Below are positions 1-9,650 of a stretch of 64,000 bases of DNA, in pieces (positions within the stretch are counted from its first letter, which is position 1; the number at the start of each line of letters is the position of its first letter). Under the pieces are notes generated by a model. The model saw only the letters and a list, made by a program, of their open reading frames with translations. It made no database searches and was not told the DNA's origin. Source of the stretch: an uncultured Verrucomicrobiae bacterium. GTDB lineage: Bacteria; Verrucomicrobiota; Verrucomicrobiia; Chthoniobacterales; UBA10450. The stretch is taken from NCBI GenBank assembly GCA_963726745.1, contig CAVSDR010000002.1, positions 320,001 through 384,000 on the forward strand, in the 5' to 3' direction. The translations under genes and the position numbers were made by a program.

Positions 1-272
1 GCGGCGCCGTGCCGAAGGTAAAAATTCCCGTCGCGCCCGGTTATCAGGTTCCTTTCGCGGAACGGATCCGCCGCGAGGCGGAAATCCCGACGGCGGCGGT
101 CGGCATGATCACCGCGCCGCAACAGGCGGAAGAGATTCTCGAAGCTGACCAGGCCGATCTGATCCTGATGGCGCGCGAGTTCCTCCGAGAGCCGTATTGG
201 CCGCATGCGGCGGCGATCGAGCTCGGCGCCGAGCCCAAGCCGCCGGTGCAATACGGCCGGGCCTTCCAGTAA
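1..272 (+). CDS. NADH:flavin oxidoreductase (Old Yellow Enzyme, YqjM/NamA-like), C-terminal part; 5' end outside window
   Basis: [51 protein letters not shown] is the typical YqjM-type C-terminus. Confidence 0.9.
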   Translation, partial: GAVPKVKIPVAPGYQVPFAERIRREAEIPTAAVGMITAPQQAEEILEADQADLILMAREFLREPYWPHAAAIELGAEPKPPVQYGRAFQ

Positions 273-286
273 AATTAGCCGGCAAG

Positions 287-1174
287 ATGTCCTGGCCCGT
301 CATCCTCTTTTACAAATATGTCCCGTTGGCGGACGCGGAGACCTTCACCGCGGAGCAGCGGGCGCTTTGCCAGTCGTTAGGCTTGAAAGGGCGCGTGCTG
401 ATCGCGGCGGAAGGGATCAATGGCACGCTCGCCGGCCCGGCGGAGGCGATCGACGAATACCAGGCCGCGCTCCGGCGGGACGCGCGTTTCGCTGACGTCG
501 ACTTCAAGGTCAGCGCAGGCGACGCGAACACCTTCCCAAAATTAGTCGTCAAGCTCCGCCGCGAGATCGTGACTCTCGGGATGCCGGAACTGCCGCCGAA
601 CTTCGAGGGCCAGCTGGCGCCCGCGGAGTGGAAGCAGATGCTCGAGCAGGACCCGGAAGTGGTGCTGCTCGATGTGCGCAACCGTTTCGAGTCGGACGCC
701 GGCCGCTTTGAAAACGCGGTCGTGTGCGAGATTGAAAACTTTCGCGATCTCCCGGCCTACGTCGAGCAGCTTGCCCCGCTCAAGGAGAAGAAGGTGCTGA
801 TGTATTGCACCGGCGGGATTCGTTGCGAGAAAGCGTCGGCGCTCCTGCGCAGCCGCGGCTTCGCGCAGGTCTTCCAACTCCGCGGCGGGATCGTAACTTA
901 CCAGGAGGAATTCGGGAACGAACACTGGCAGGGCGAATGTTTCGTCTTCGACCAGCGCATGACCGTGAAGGTCGATGACGGCCTGGTGCCGATCGGCCGT
1001 TGCGCGCACACCGGCCTAACGAGCAGTCGCTTTGTCAACTGCCTGCATGACCCGTGTCACAAGCTGTTCATCCTCGCCGAGGAGACGGAGCGCGCGAACC
1101 GCGATTTCCTCCTGTGCCCGGAGTGCTACGCGGCGGGGCGGCGCTGGGAGACGGCGGAGCGTCCGCCGCGTTGA
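287..1174 (+). CDS. trhO: tRNA uridine(34) hydroxylase, rhodanese-related (YceA family)
   Basis: ILFYKYV, LKGRVLIAAEGINGTL, LDVRN..E, MYCTGGIRCEKAS, GECFVFDQR; ATG at 287. Confidence 0.9.
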   Translation: MSWPVILFYKYVPLADAETFTAEQRALCQSLGLKGRVLIAAEGINGTLAGPAEAIDEYQAALRRDARFADVDFKVSAGDANTFPKLVVKLRREIVTLGMPELPPNFEGQLAPAEWKQMLEQDPEVVLLDVRNRFESDAGRFENAVVCEIENFRDLPAYVEQLAPLKEKKVLMYCTGGIRCEKASALLRSRGFAQVFQLRGGIVTYQEEFGNEHWQGECFVFDQRMTVKVDDGLVPIGRCAHTGLTSSRFVNCLHDPCHKLFILAEETERANRDFLLCPECYAAGRRWETAERPPR

Positions 1175-1847
1175 GCCGCTCGCCCACGTAGATCATGTGC
1201 TCGTAGCGCTTGGCGCGCTCGTGTGATTTTGCCGGATAAGACTCGGTCTCAAAGCCGGCGCGCGTAAGCATCCCGGGGAACTGCGGCTCGACCGCGGCCG
1301 ACCAGAAAGCCACGCGACCAGCCGGGCGCAGGGCGCGGTGGATCATCTCCAGGCCACGCCGCGAGTAGAGCCGGGAGTTGGCCGACTGCACAAAGGAGGT
1401 TGGCCCGTTGTCGACATCCAGCAGGATCGCGTCGTAAGCCTGCTCGCCGTGGCTGCGTTTGATGATCGCATGGACGTCGGCCACGAAAATCTCCACGCGC
1501 GGATCGTTCACCCAGCCCGCGTGCTTCGCGCCGAGCAGCTCGCGATTCCACCGCACCACTTCCGGCAACAGTTCCGCCACGTGCACCACCCCGCGCTCGC
1601 CCACCAGCTCGAGCGTGCGCTGCAGGCTAAAGCCGAGGCCGAGCCCGCCGATGAGCACGCGCGGCGCGGTCCGTGAGGCGACGTATTGGCAGGCCTTGTC
1701 GGCGAGCATAATCTCCGAGCTGGTCGAAGTGGTGCTCATGAGCTGGCGGCCGTTGAGCTTCAGGAAATACTCGCCGTCGTGCTCGTGCAGCGAGAGGCGC
1801 GAACCGTCGGGCGTTTGCACTTCACCGAGATTGCGGAACGGGATCAT
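1068..1847 (-). CDS. Spermidine synthase-like SAM-dependent methyltransferase
   Basis: VLIGGLGLGFSL SAM motif, VAELLPEVVRWN, YDAILLDVDNGP. Confidence 0.85.
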   Translation of the reverse strand: MIPFRNLGEVQTPDGSRLSLHEHDGEYFLKLNGRQLMSTTSTSSEIMLADKACQYVASRTAPRVLIGGLGLGFSLQRTLELVGERGVVHVAELLPEVVRWNRELLGAKHAGWVNDPRVEIFVADVHAIIKRSHGEQAYDAILLDVDNGPTSFVQSANSRLYSRRGLEMIHRALRPAGRVAFWSAAVEPQFPGMLTRAGFETESYPAKSHERAKRYEHMIYVGERLNAADAPPSPSAAPPRSTPGTGGNRGSRAPSPRRG

Positions 1848-2716
1848 CGCATGAGCCTTTCGAGGTCGACTGGAAGCGGCGATTCGAAGCGCATCTCTTC
1901 GCCGGTGACAGGATGCGGGAAGACCAAGCCGACCGCGTGCAGCGCGAGGCGATGCGCGGGGTTGGTCTTCGCATGGTATTTTTCGTCGCCGAGAATCGGG
2001 TGGCCGAGGTCAGCCAGTTGCACGCGAATCTGGTGGCGTCGGCCGGTTTCGAGTTCCAACGAAACCAGCGTGCGCTTGGCCGCGCGCTTGAGCACGCGGT
2101 AACGGGTGAGCGCGTGCCGCGTTTGCTCGCTCCGCGGCGCGCTGTGCACGCGGTAGGGATTGGTCTCGTCGAGGTGGGAATCGAGCACGCCCTCGTCGCT
2201 GGCCATGCGTCCTTCCACGATCGCCTCGTAGCGCTTGGTCACGTTTTCCCAGCCGCCTTGCAGGGTCGCTTTCGCTTCCGGCGTCTTCGCGAAAACCATC
2301 AGCCCGGAGGTTTCCTTGTCGAGCCGATGGACAATCCAGATGCGGTCGCGCGCGTGATCCTTCCCTTGCCGCAAGTAGGCGGTCAGCTGGAAATAGGCGG
2401 TCTTCTCATCCTCGGCCACGCTCGCCACGCTCAGGAGATTCTCCGGCTTGTCGATCACGATCAAGCTGGCGTCCTCGTGATAGACCTTCATCCCGGAGGC
2501 GAGTTTGGTCTTGGGGATGGCAAAGCGGTCGGTGCGAATTGCGACCACGTCGCCCGCGGCTAACGAGTGGTTGAATTGCGAGGTCGGGCGACCGTTGACC
2601 GTGACGGCCTGATGCTTCAGCCAGGTGCGGATCTGCTTCTTCTTCAGTTCCGGCCACTGCGCGAAGAGGAAGCTGAGTAATTCAGCCGGCTCGGCGACAG
2701 TGACAGGCTTGGGCAC
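1844..2716 (-). CDS. RluA-family pseudouridine synthase
   Basis: S4-like N-terminus, VIDKPENLLS, VHRLDKETSGL, ETGRRHQIRVQL, LGHPILGDEKY. Confidence 0.92.
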   Translation of the reverse strand: MPKPVTVAEPAELLSFLFAQWPELKKKQIRTWLKHQAVTVNGRPTSQFNHSLAAGDVVAIRTDRFAIPKTKLASGMKVYHEDASLIVIDKPENLLSVASVAEDEKTAYFQLTAYLRQGKDHARDRIWIVHRLDKETSGLMVFAKTPEAKATLQGGWENVTKRYEAIVEGRMASDEGVLDSHLDETNPYRVHSAPRSEQTRHALTRYRVLKRAAKRTLVSLELETGRRHQIRVQLADLGHPILGDEKYHAKTNPAHRLALHAVGLVFPHPVTGEEMRFESPLPVDLERLMR

Positions 2717-2720
2717 AGGG

Positions 2721-3485
2721 CTACTTCGCCCAGTTTGGCGGACGTTTCTCGAGAAAAGCGGCCACGCCTTCCTTCGCTTCAGAGGATTCGCGCGCCTGCA
2801 TGTGGTGGCTGAGCGCGTGCTCGATGTCCGCCTTCACCGGCGTGCTCCAAAGCTGCTCGAGCAGGCGCTTGGAATTAGCCAGCGCGCCGGGAGCGCCTTG
2901 CCGAATGTTGTCGGCTATTTTTTGCACCTCCGCCTCGAGCGCGTCGGCGGAAACGACCCGATTAAGCAGGCCGATCTCGAGCGCGCGCCGCGCGTCGATG
3001 ATCTCGGAAAGGAGCAGGAGCTCGCGCGCGTCGCGTTCGCGAAGTTGCCGCCGGAGGAAAGTCATGACCAAGCCCGCGACCAGGCCGCGACGCACTTCCG
3101 GGTAGCCGATCTTGGTCCCCTCGGCCGCGACTGCGAAGTCGCAGGCCGACATGATTCCTGCGCCGCCCGCCACGGCCGCGCCGTGCACTTGCGCGATCGT
3201 GATCAGGCGCGTCTGGCTCAACGCGAGCAATGTTTTCGCCACCAAACCGGCGGACTCGTGTGCGCGTTCCGGGATCTTGGTCTCGTTCATGTCGAGCCCG
3301 GCGCAAAAGGCCGGGCCGGCGCCGCGCAGGATCAGGATGCGCTGCGTCTCATCCTTCTCCGCGGCGCTGATCGCGTCGGTTAATTCCGTCATCAATTCGA
3401 TCGTCAGGGCATTGCGCCGTTCCGGGCGATTCAGCGTCAGGCGGGTCGTGTGCGGCGTTTGTTTTTCGATTTGGACGACGGGCAT
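2721..3485 (-). CDS. Enoyl-CoA hydratase/isomerase (probable methylglutaconyl-CoA hydratase)
   Basis: LNRPERRNAL, AFCAGLDM, AQVHGAAVAGGAG, PEVRRGL, EAKEGVAAFLEKRPP; next to HMG-CoA lyase and a carboxyltransferase; start taken at ATG 3485. Confidence 0.88.
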   Translation of the reverse strand: MPVVQIEKQTPHTTRLTLNRPERRNALTIELMTELTDAISAAEKDETQRILILRGAGPAFCAGLDMNETKIPERAHESAGLVAKTLLALSQTRLITIAQVHGAAVAGGAGIMSACDFAVAAEGTKIGYPEVRRGLVAGLVMTFLRRQLRERDARELLLLSEIIDARRALEIGLLNRVVSADALEAEVQKIADNIRQGAPGALANSKRLLEQLWSTPVKADIEHALSHHMQARESSEAKEGVAAFLEKRPPNWAK

Positions 3486-3501
3486 GCTAAAGGGTTCCGT
3501 C

Positions 3502-4335
3502 ATGAGCGAATCCGTCAAGCTGATCGAATGTCCGCGCGACGCCTGGCAGGGCCTGCCGGACTTCATTCCCACGGAGCGGAAAGTGGAGTATCTGCGCGGG
3601 CTGATCGCCGCCGGCTTTCGGCATCTCGACGCGGTCAGTTTCGTTTCGCCCAAGGCGGTGCCGCAGATGGCCGACAGCGAGGAAGTGCTCGCGCAACTCG
3701 GGCCGCAGCCAGGCGTCGAGATCATCGGCATCGTGGTGAATGAAAAAGGCGCGGAGCGTGCGCTCGCCACGGGCGCGGTGACCACGCTCGGCTTCCCCTG
3801 CTCCATCTCCGAGACTTTCCTGCAGCGAAATCAAAAGCAGTCGTTAGGCGAGAACGCCGCCATGCTCGAGAAAATTAGCCGGCAAGCTCACGCCGCCGGC
3901 TTGCAGGTGGTCGCTTACATCTCGATGGCTTTCGGCAATCCTTATGGCGACCCGTGGAGCGAAGCCGCGGTCGCGGAAGCCGCCAGGCGGCTCGCGGCTG
4001 TTGGCGTCGAAGCCGTTTCGCTCGCGGATACCACCGGCGCGGCCGATGCAGCATTGGTCGCGCGGGTGGTCGCGGCAGTGCAGCTCGATTGCGAAGTCGG
4101 CGTGCACCTGCACAGCACGCGCGCCGCGGCCGCGGAGAAGATTCTCGCGGCCTACGACGCCGGTTGCCGGCGCTTTGACTCCGCGCTCGGCGGACAGGGC
4201 GGCTGCCCGTTTGCGCAGGATGAACTCGTCGGCAACCTCCCGACCGAGGAAGTGGTCGTCGCACTGCGGCAACGAGGAGTCGATCCGGGCGTTCGGACAG
4301 ATTTACCGTTGGTCAACGGTAGAAATACCGGCTAA
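3502..4335 (+). CDS. Hydroxymethylglutaryl-CoA lyase
   Basis: IECPRDAWQG, SFVSPKAVPQMAD, SLADTTG, GVHLHST, FDSALGGQGGCPFA, GNLPTE. Confidence 0.92.
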   Translation: MSESVKLIECPRDAWQGLPDFIPTERKVEYLRGLIAAGFRHLDAVSFVSPKAVPQMADSEEVLAQLGPQPGVEIIGIVVNEKGAERALATGAVTTLGFPCSISETFLQRNQKQSLGENAAMLEKISRQAHAAGLQVVAYISMAFGNPYGDPWSEAAVAEAARRLAAVGVEAVSLADTTGAADAALVARVVAAVQLDCEVGVHLHSTRAAAAEKILAAYDAGCRRFDSALGGQGGCPFAQDELVGNLPTEEVVVALRQRGVDPGVRTDLPLVNGRNTG

Positions 4336-4344
4336 GCTCAAGCC

Positions 4345-4776
4345 ATGGCTCGCAGCTCGACTCTTCGCAGGACAGCGCCGGTTCCGCGTGTGGCCACACT
4401 CGCTGCTCTGCCTTCGCTCGAACAGATCGACGCTATCCGCGGCGGCGTCGCCGCCCAGATTTTCGACCAGATCGCGACCGCACTCGGCGTGGCCAAGGAA
4501 ACGCTCGCGCGGGCCTTGAACATCAACGCGCAAACCTTGCGGAAGCGGAAGTCGCAGATTCTCTCGGCCGACGAAGCGGAGAAGACGCTCCGAGTCGCGC
4601 GCGTCTTCGCCTTCGCCGCGGAAGTGCTCGGCGGCGAAGAAGAGGCGCGCACCTGGCTAAACCAAAAAGTCCCCGCACTCGCAGGCAAACGGCCACTCGA
4701 TTTGCTCGACACGGATGTCGGCGCGCAGGAGGTGACGAACCTTCTCGGCGGCATCAAATGGGGCCTGTATGCGTGA
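4345..4776 (+). CDS. Antitoxin, Xre/MbcA/ParS family
   Basis: HTH-like N-half; C-terminal ARTWLNQKVPALAGKRPLDLLDTDVGAQEVTNLLGGIKWG; GTGA overlap with the RES gene. Confidence 0.9.
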   Translation: MARSSTLRRTAPVPRVATLAALPSLEQIDAIRGGVAAQIFDQIATALGVAKETLARALNINAQTLRKRKSQILSADEAEKTLRVARVFAFAAEVLGGEEEARTWLNQKVPALAGKRPLDLLDTDVGAQEVTNLLGGIKWGLYA

Positions 4777-5228
4777 AGTTGTATCGTCTCGAAGCACTCG
4801 CGCGCGCGAAGCCGGCGCAGGCCTTTAGCGGCGAAGGCGGCCTCCATTTCGCCGGTCGCTGGAATTCGCGCGGCACCCGGATGGTTTACACGTCCAGTTC
4901 CGCCGCGCTCGCCTGCTTGGAAACGCTGGTGCACATGCAGGCGCTACCGGTGCCGGCGGAGCGCTGGCTCTTCACGGTCGACGTGCCGGATGAATTCGTG
5001 GACACGCTCCCATCGCCGCCCAAAGGCTGGGACGTCGAGCCGGCTGGGCCCGTGAGCCGAACCGCGGGCGATGCCTGGGTTGCGGCTGCACGCAGCGTGG
5101 TCTTGCTGGTTCCGAGCACGGTCGTGCCGCTGGAGCAAAACGCGTTGCTCAATCCGCGGCATCCGCAGTTCAAGCTGAGCTGGGTCGGGAAGCCACAGCG
5201 CTTCCGCTACGATCCGCGGCTAAAATAG
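4773..5228 (+). CDS. RES-domain toxin (NAD+ phosphorylase-like)
   Basis: LYRL..FSGEGG...GRWNS.G..MVYTS..LACLETLVH..LLVPSTVVP...NALLNPRHP. Confidence 0.9.
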   Translation: MKLYRLEALARAKPAQAFSGEGGLHFAGRWNSRGTRMVYTSSSAALACLETLVHMQALPVPAERWLFTVDVPDEFVDTLPSPPKGWDVEPAGPVSRTAGDAWVAAARSVVLLVPSTVVPLEQNALLNPRHPQFKLSWVGKPQRFRYDPRLK

Positions 5229-5237
5229 CCGGCAATC

Positions 5238-6869
5238 TCAGACCTGGACCACACCGGTGTGGAAGCGCGCCTTCGGCATCGGCCGCGAGACGTAACCCAG
5301 CAAACGCGTGAGGACGTCGCGGGTCTCGTGCGGCTGAATGATCGCGTCGACCCAGCCGCGCGCGGCGCCGTAGCGGATGTCGGTTTGCTCCTCGTAACTT
5401 TTTTTCACCGTCGCGCGCAGTTCCTCGAGCTCTTCTGGAGTCGACTTCTTGTCGCCGCGATCCCGCGCGCGGGCGAGCACGCTGAAGACGGTATCGGACG
5501 CCTGGGCCGCGCCCATGACCGCGTAGCGCGAGTTCGGCCAGGCGAGGATGAAGCGCGGATCGTAGGCCTTCCCGCAGAGCGCATAGTTGCCCGCGCCGAA
5601 GGAGCCGCCGACGACCACGGTGATCTTGGGCACGGTCGAGTTGCTGACGGCGTTCACTAATTTCGCGCCGCTTCGAATGATCCCGCTTTGCTCGGCATCG
5701 CGTCCGACCATAAAGCCGGTTACGTCCTGGAAGAAAATGATCGGCAGCCCGGTCTGGTTGCAGTCCATGATGAAACGCGCGGCCTTGTCGGCGCTGTCGG
5801 CGTAAATCACTCCGCCCATCTGGATGCCTTCCTTTTTCGTCCGCACCGGCTGGCGCTGCGAAGCGACAATGCCAACCGGCCGACCGCCGATGCGCGCGTA
5901 AGTCGTAACCAGCGTCTTGCCGTAGTCGGCCTTGTATTCGTCGAGCGAGTCGGCGTCGATGATCGTCGCCAGGAGGTCGCGCGTGTCGTAGGTCTTGTGG
6001 CCGTCGAGGCTGATGATGTCGTAGACCGCGTCGGCTTCCTTTGCGGCCTTGAACTTCTCCGGCTTGGGCGCGTGCTTCGCGGCCTCGGCCTCGGGAAGAA
6101 GCGCGACTAACGAGCGCAAACGCTTGAGGCAGGACTCGTCGTTCTTCTCGTAAAAGTCGACCGTGCCGCTGATCTCCGCGTGCATCTTGGCGCCGCCAAG
6201 TTCCTCGGCCTCGATCTCCTGGCCAATGGCGGCCTTGACTAACGAGGGGCCGGCCAAGTAGAGGCCGCTCCCTTCGGTCATGAGGATCTTGTCGCACAGC
6301 ACCGGGAGATACGCGCCGCCCGCGACGCAATTGCCCATGATCGCGGCGAACTGCGGGATGCCTGCGGCAGAGATCACGGAGTTATTGCGGAAGATGCGCC
6401 CAAAGTCGTCTTCATCCGGGAAAATCTCGTCCTGCATCGGCAGGAAAACGCCCGCGGAGTCGACCAGGTAGATGATCGGCAGGTTGCACTCGAAGCCGAT
6501 GCGCTGGGCGCGGATGAGCTTTTTTGCGGTCTGGGGGAAAAACGCGCCGGCCTTCACGGTGGCGTCGTTCGCGATGATCATGCAGGGAATGCCCGCGACC
6601 TTGCCGATGCCGGCGATGGAACCGGCGGCGGGGATTTTGCCCCACTGCTCATACATCTTGTGCGCGGCCCAGAGGCCGACCTCGAAAAACTGCGCGTCCT
6701 GGTCGAGCAGCCGCGCGATGCGTTCGCGGGCGAAAAGGCGGCCGAGCTTGTGCTGGCGATCCTGGCCGGCTTTACCGCCGCCTTCGCGAAGGACGGCTTC
6801 TTCTTCGGCAATGGTGGCGCACCAGGCGCGGAGGGAATCAGACGACGAGACGGCAGCAGCGCGAGACAT
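5238..6869 (-). CDS. Acyl-CoA carboxylase carboxyltransferase subunit (methylcrotonyl-CoA carboxylase beta-like)
   Basis: ANDATVKAGA, YLVDSAGVFLPMQ, GNCVAGGAY, LGGAKMHAEISG, FQDVTGFMVG, GGSFGAGNYALCGKAY. Confidence 0.92.
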   Translation of the reverse strand: MSRAAAVSSSDSLRAWCATIAEEEAVLREGGGKAGQDRQHKLGRLFARERIARLLDQDAQFFEVGLWAAHKMYEQWGKIPAAGSIAGIGKVAGIPCMIIANDATVKAGAFFPQTAKKLIRAQRIGFECNLPIIYLVDSAGVFLPMQDEIFPDEDDFGRIFRNNSVISAAGIPQFAAIMGNCVAGGAYLPVLCDKILMTEGSGLYLAGPSLVKAAIGQEIEAEELGGAKMHAEISGTVDFYEKNDESCLKRLRSLVALLPEAEAAKHAPKPEKFKAAKEADAVYDIISLDGHKTYDTRDLLATIIDADSLDEYKADYGKTLVTTYARIGGRPVGIVASQRQPVRTKKEGIQMGGVIYADSADKAARFIMDCNQTGLPIIFFQDVTGFMVGRDAEQSGIIRSGAKLVNAVSNSTVPKITVVVGGSFGAGNYALCGKAYDPRFILAWPNSRYAVMGAAQASDTVFSVLARARDRGDKKSTPEELEELRATVKKSYEEQTDIRYGAARGWVDAIIQPHETRDVLTRLLGYVSRPMPKARFHTGVVQV

Positions 6870-6922
6870 GAGGCAAGACGGGTAAGCCGCCGGCTTGCCG
6901 GAAGCAAGCCTCGGCGCGCCCG

Positions 6923-7228
6923 CTAGTAGATCTCGTCGTCTTCCGAGCTATAGCCAGAATCGCCCCGGATCGAGCGCAAACGCGCGCGCGTCGCCCGGTC
7001 GGACTCGGGGCGATTGATCCGCTCCATCGCCAGCCTAACGAGCAGTGGCACAGCCGCAATGGCACCGACACTGACGAGCGCAATCGCGGTCGCCTGCCGC
7101 ACCGGCTGGCGGATTCGGTCGGCTACCAGCATTCCGATGCCCAGCCCGAAAGCGGTGCGCGTGAGAAGCAAAAGTCCGTCCAGCGGAACGGGATCAGCCG
7201 TTTTCGGAATGGATATCGAGAGAGACAT
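6923..7228 (-). CDS. Hypothetical membrane protein (two hydrophobic segments)
   Basis: 101-aa ORF filling the gap, with two predicted TM stretches. Confidence 0.65.
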   Translation of the reverse strand: MSLSISIPKTADPVPLDGLLLLTRTAFGLGIGMLVADRIRQPVRQATAIALVSVGAIAAVPLLVRLAMERINRPESDRATRARLRSIRGDSGYSSEDDEIY

Positions 7229-7317
7229 CGCTACCCTTATACAAGCCGCGCCCCAAAAATAAATGGGAAATCTCCAAGCTCTTTCCGATCGACCCGCGCG
7301 GCCTCGTTAATCCGAAA

Positions 7318-8394
7318 ATGGCACAAGCAATCTATACCTTGATCCTGGCCGGCGGCAGCGGTGAACGCTTTTGGCCGCTAAGCCGGCGCACGCGTCCGAA
7401 GCAATTGTTGAAGCTGGTTTCGGAGAAAACGCTCCTCGAGGAAACGGTCGCGCGGCTCGAGGGCTTGGTGCCGCAGGAGCGCATCCTCATCCTGACGAAC
7501 ATCGAGCAAGTGACCGCGGTGCGGACGCTCCTGCCCGATTTTCCAGCCGACAACATCGTGGCCGAGCCGGCGAAACGCGACACCGCCGCAGCAGTCGCAT
7601 TGGGCGCGGCCTGGGTGGCAGCGCGCGATCACATGGCGACAATGGTGGTGCTGCCGGCGGATCACGTGATCAAGGACACGGCGGCGTTTCAAGCGACCGT
7701 GCGCACGGCGGCAGCGGCCGCGGAGGAGATGGGCGCGCTCGTGACCATCGGCTTGAAGCCAACCTGGGCCTGCCCTGGCTTTGGCTACATCGAGGCGGGC
7801 GAGCTGGTGAAGCTGCGGACGGCGCCGAAGCAGACTTCGGAAGTCCGACGCGTGGTTCGCTTTCGCGAGAAACCGAACCCGGAGCTCGCCGAGACCTTCA
7901 TTCGCCAGGGCAACTTTCGCTGGAATGCGGGCATGTTCGTCTGGTCGGTGCCGACGGTCTTGAGCGAATTTAACCGACACGCTCCAGAGCTCGCGAGTTT
8001 CATCTCGCAGGCTTCATCGAAGGAGCGCTTCGAGAAAACGCTCGCGGAAAAGTTCGCCGCGCTGCCGAAGATCTCCTTCGATTACGCGATCATGGAACAC
8101 GCCGATCGCGTGCTTGTGGTGGAGGCGGCGTTTGATTGGGACGATGTCGGCGGCTGGCAGGCGGTGGCTTCTTATTTCGAAAAAGACGCGCAAGAGAATG
8201 CGGCCAATTCCGAGATCACCGCAGTCGATTCGACGAACAACATCGTCTTCGACCAGGACGGCACCAAGGTCGCGCTCCTCGGGGTGCACAATCTTATCAT
8301 CGTGCGCACGGGCGACGCGCTTCTGGTTTGCCATCGGCACCAGGCGGAGAAAATCAAGGAGCTGATCGGCCAGTTGCCGCCGCAATTGCAATGA
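7318..8394 (+). CDS. manC: Mannose-1-phosphate guanylyltransferase
   Basis: LILAGGSGERFWPLSR..PKQLL, EPAKRDTA, LPADHVI, GFGYIE, FREKP, WNAGMF, ISFDYAIME, WDDVGGW. Confidence 0.93.
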   Translation: MAQAIYTLILAGGSGERFWPLSRRTRPKQLLKLVSEKTLLEETVARLEGLVPQERILILTNIEQVTAVRTLLPDFPADNIVAEPAKRDTAAAVALGAAWVAARDHMATMVVLPADHVIKDTAAFQATVRTAAAAAEEMGALVTIGLKPTWACPGFGYIEAGELVKLRTAPKQTSEVRRVVRFREKPNPELAETFIRQGNFRWNAGMFVWSVPTVLSEFNRHAPELASFISQASSKERFEKTLAEKFAALPKISFDYAIMEHADRVLVVEAAFDWDDVGGWQAVASYFEKDAQENAANSEITAVDSTNNIVFDQDGTKVALLGVHNLIIVRTGDALLVCHRHQAEKIKELIGQLPPQLQ

Positions 8395-8843
8395 GTGGCT
8401 TTGCCCTCATGCGTCGGCTGCTCGGCGTGGATTACGGCCAGGCGCGCATCGGCCTGGCGATATCCGACGAGCTCGGAATGCTGGCGCATCCGCTGGAAAC
8501 GATCCCGGCCGCGCGACTGGACGAGGCCGCCAAGCGAATCGCGGAGATCGCGCGCGAGCGGGACATTGGCGGCGTGATCCTTGGGATGCCGCGGCACATG
8601 AACGGCGAATTCGGCTTGAGCGCGGAGGAGGTGAAGAAATTTGCCGACAAGTTGAAGCCGTTGCTCACGTGTGAGGTCACGCTCTGGGACGAACGCCTGA
8701 CCACGACCGCGGCCCATCGCGCCTTGCGCGACGCCGGCCGGAAGACAAAGAACACGCGCGGGATCGTCGACCAGGTCGCGGCGCAGATGATTCTGCAGGG
8801 CTACCTCGATCGCTCGCAGGCGCTCTTACCGCCGCAGGATTGA
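8391..8843 (+). CDS. ruvX: YqgF/RuvX family pre-16S rRNA nuclease
   Basis: LLGVDYGQARIGLAISD, GMPRHMNG, WDERLTT, VDQVAAQMILQGYLD; start is ATG 8391 or 8409. Confidence 0.92.
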   Translation: MSGFALMRRLLGVDYGQARIGLAISDELGMLAHPLETIPAARLDEAAKRIAEIARERDIGGVILGMPRHMNGEFGLSAEEVKKFADKLKPLLTCEVTLWDERLTTTAAHRALRDAGRKTKNTRGIVDQVAAQMILQGYLDRSQALLPPQD

Positions 8844-9587
8844 ATGCCGCAGCGGCTCAAGTTCCTCGTCGCTTACGACGGCCGTGATTTCGACGGCTGG
8901 CAAAGCCAGGCCAGCGGGAACGGCATCCAGGATGTGCTCGAGCGCGCCTTCGAGTCGGTCTGCGGCGCGAAGCTCCGCGTGCATGGCGCTGGGCGCACGG
9001 ATGCCGGGGTGCACGCGCTCGCGCAATGCGCCCATGCGGACGTCCCGCAGCGCAAGCTCGCGCCCGAGACCTGGAGTGCGGCGCTCAATGCCTCTCTACC
9101 CCCGGCGATTCGCGTGGGTCGCTGCACCTATGTGAGCGACCGGTTTCACGCGCGCTTCTCGGCGCGGGGGAAGCTCTATCGCTACCGACTTTGGAATGAT
9201 CGCTTCCTCTCACCATTCGAGCAGGGCCGCGCCTGGCACGTGGTGTTGCCGCTAGATTTTGCCCTGCTTGAGCGCGAGGCGCAGCGCTTCGTCGGGCAGC
9301 ACGATTTCGCCAGCTTCGCCGCTAACCGCGGGACGCCGGAGCAGGAAACGACGCGCACGATCGAAGCGGTGACCGTGCGCCAGCGCGGCTGCCTCCTCAC
9401 CGTGGAAGTCGCGGGCGAAGGATTTCTCTACAAGATGGTGCGCTTGATGGTCGGCGCGCTCGTGCGCTGCGCCACAGGCCGCGGACCGGAGGAGGAAATC
9501 GAGGAACGGCTGCGAAAAGCCGAGATCAAGGGAGCACGCCCAGCGGCTCCGGCTCAAGGCCTTTATCTCGTGCGCGTTCGCTACTGA
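8844..9587 (+). CDS. truA: tRNA pseudouridine(38-40) synthase
   Basis: AYDGRDFDGWQ, GAGRTDAGVHA, FHARFSA, GQHDFASF, GFLYKMVRLMVG, APAQGLYL. Confidence 0.95.
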   Translation: MPQRLKFLVAYDGRDFDGWQSQASGNGIQDVLERAFESVCGAKLRVHGAGRTDAGVHALAQCAHADVPQRKLAPETWSAALNASLPPAIRVGRCTYVSDRFHARFSARGKLYRYRLWNDRFLSPFEQGRAWHVVLPLDFALLEREAQRFVGQHDFASFAANRGTPEQETTRTIEAVTVRQRGCLLTVEVAGEGFLYKMVRLMVGALVRCATGRGPEEEIEERLRKAEIKGARPAAPAQGLYLVRVRY

Positions 9588-9650
9588 AACGAGGGCTGCT
9601 TTCCGAGGAAGTGTTTCCGTTGGCAGAAGACCTGCTTTCTGGAAATTCGA

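Noticed and set aside
1068..1174. 107-bp convergent overlap of trhO and the methyltransferase
   Set aside because: The overlapping tail is low-complexity read-through typical of GC-rich genomes; no evidence of function.
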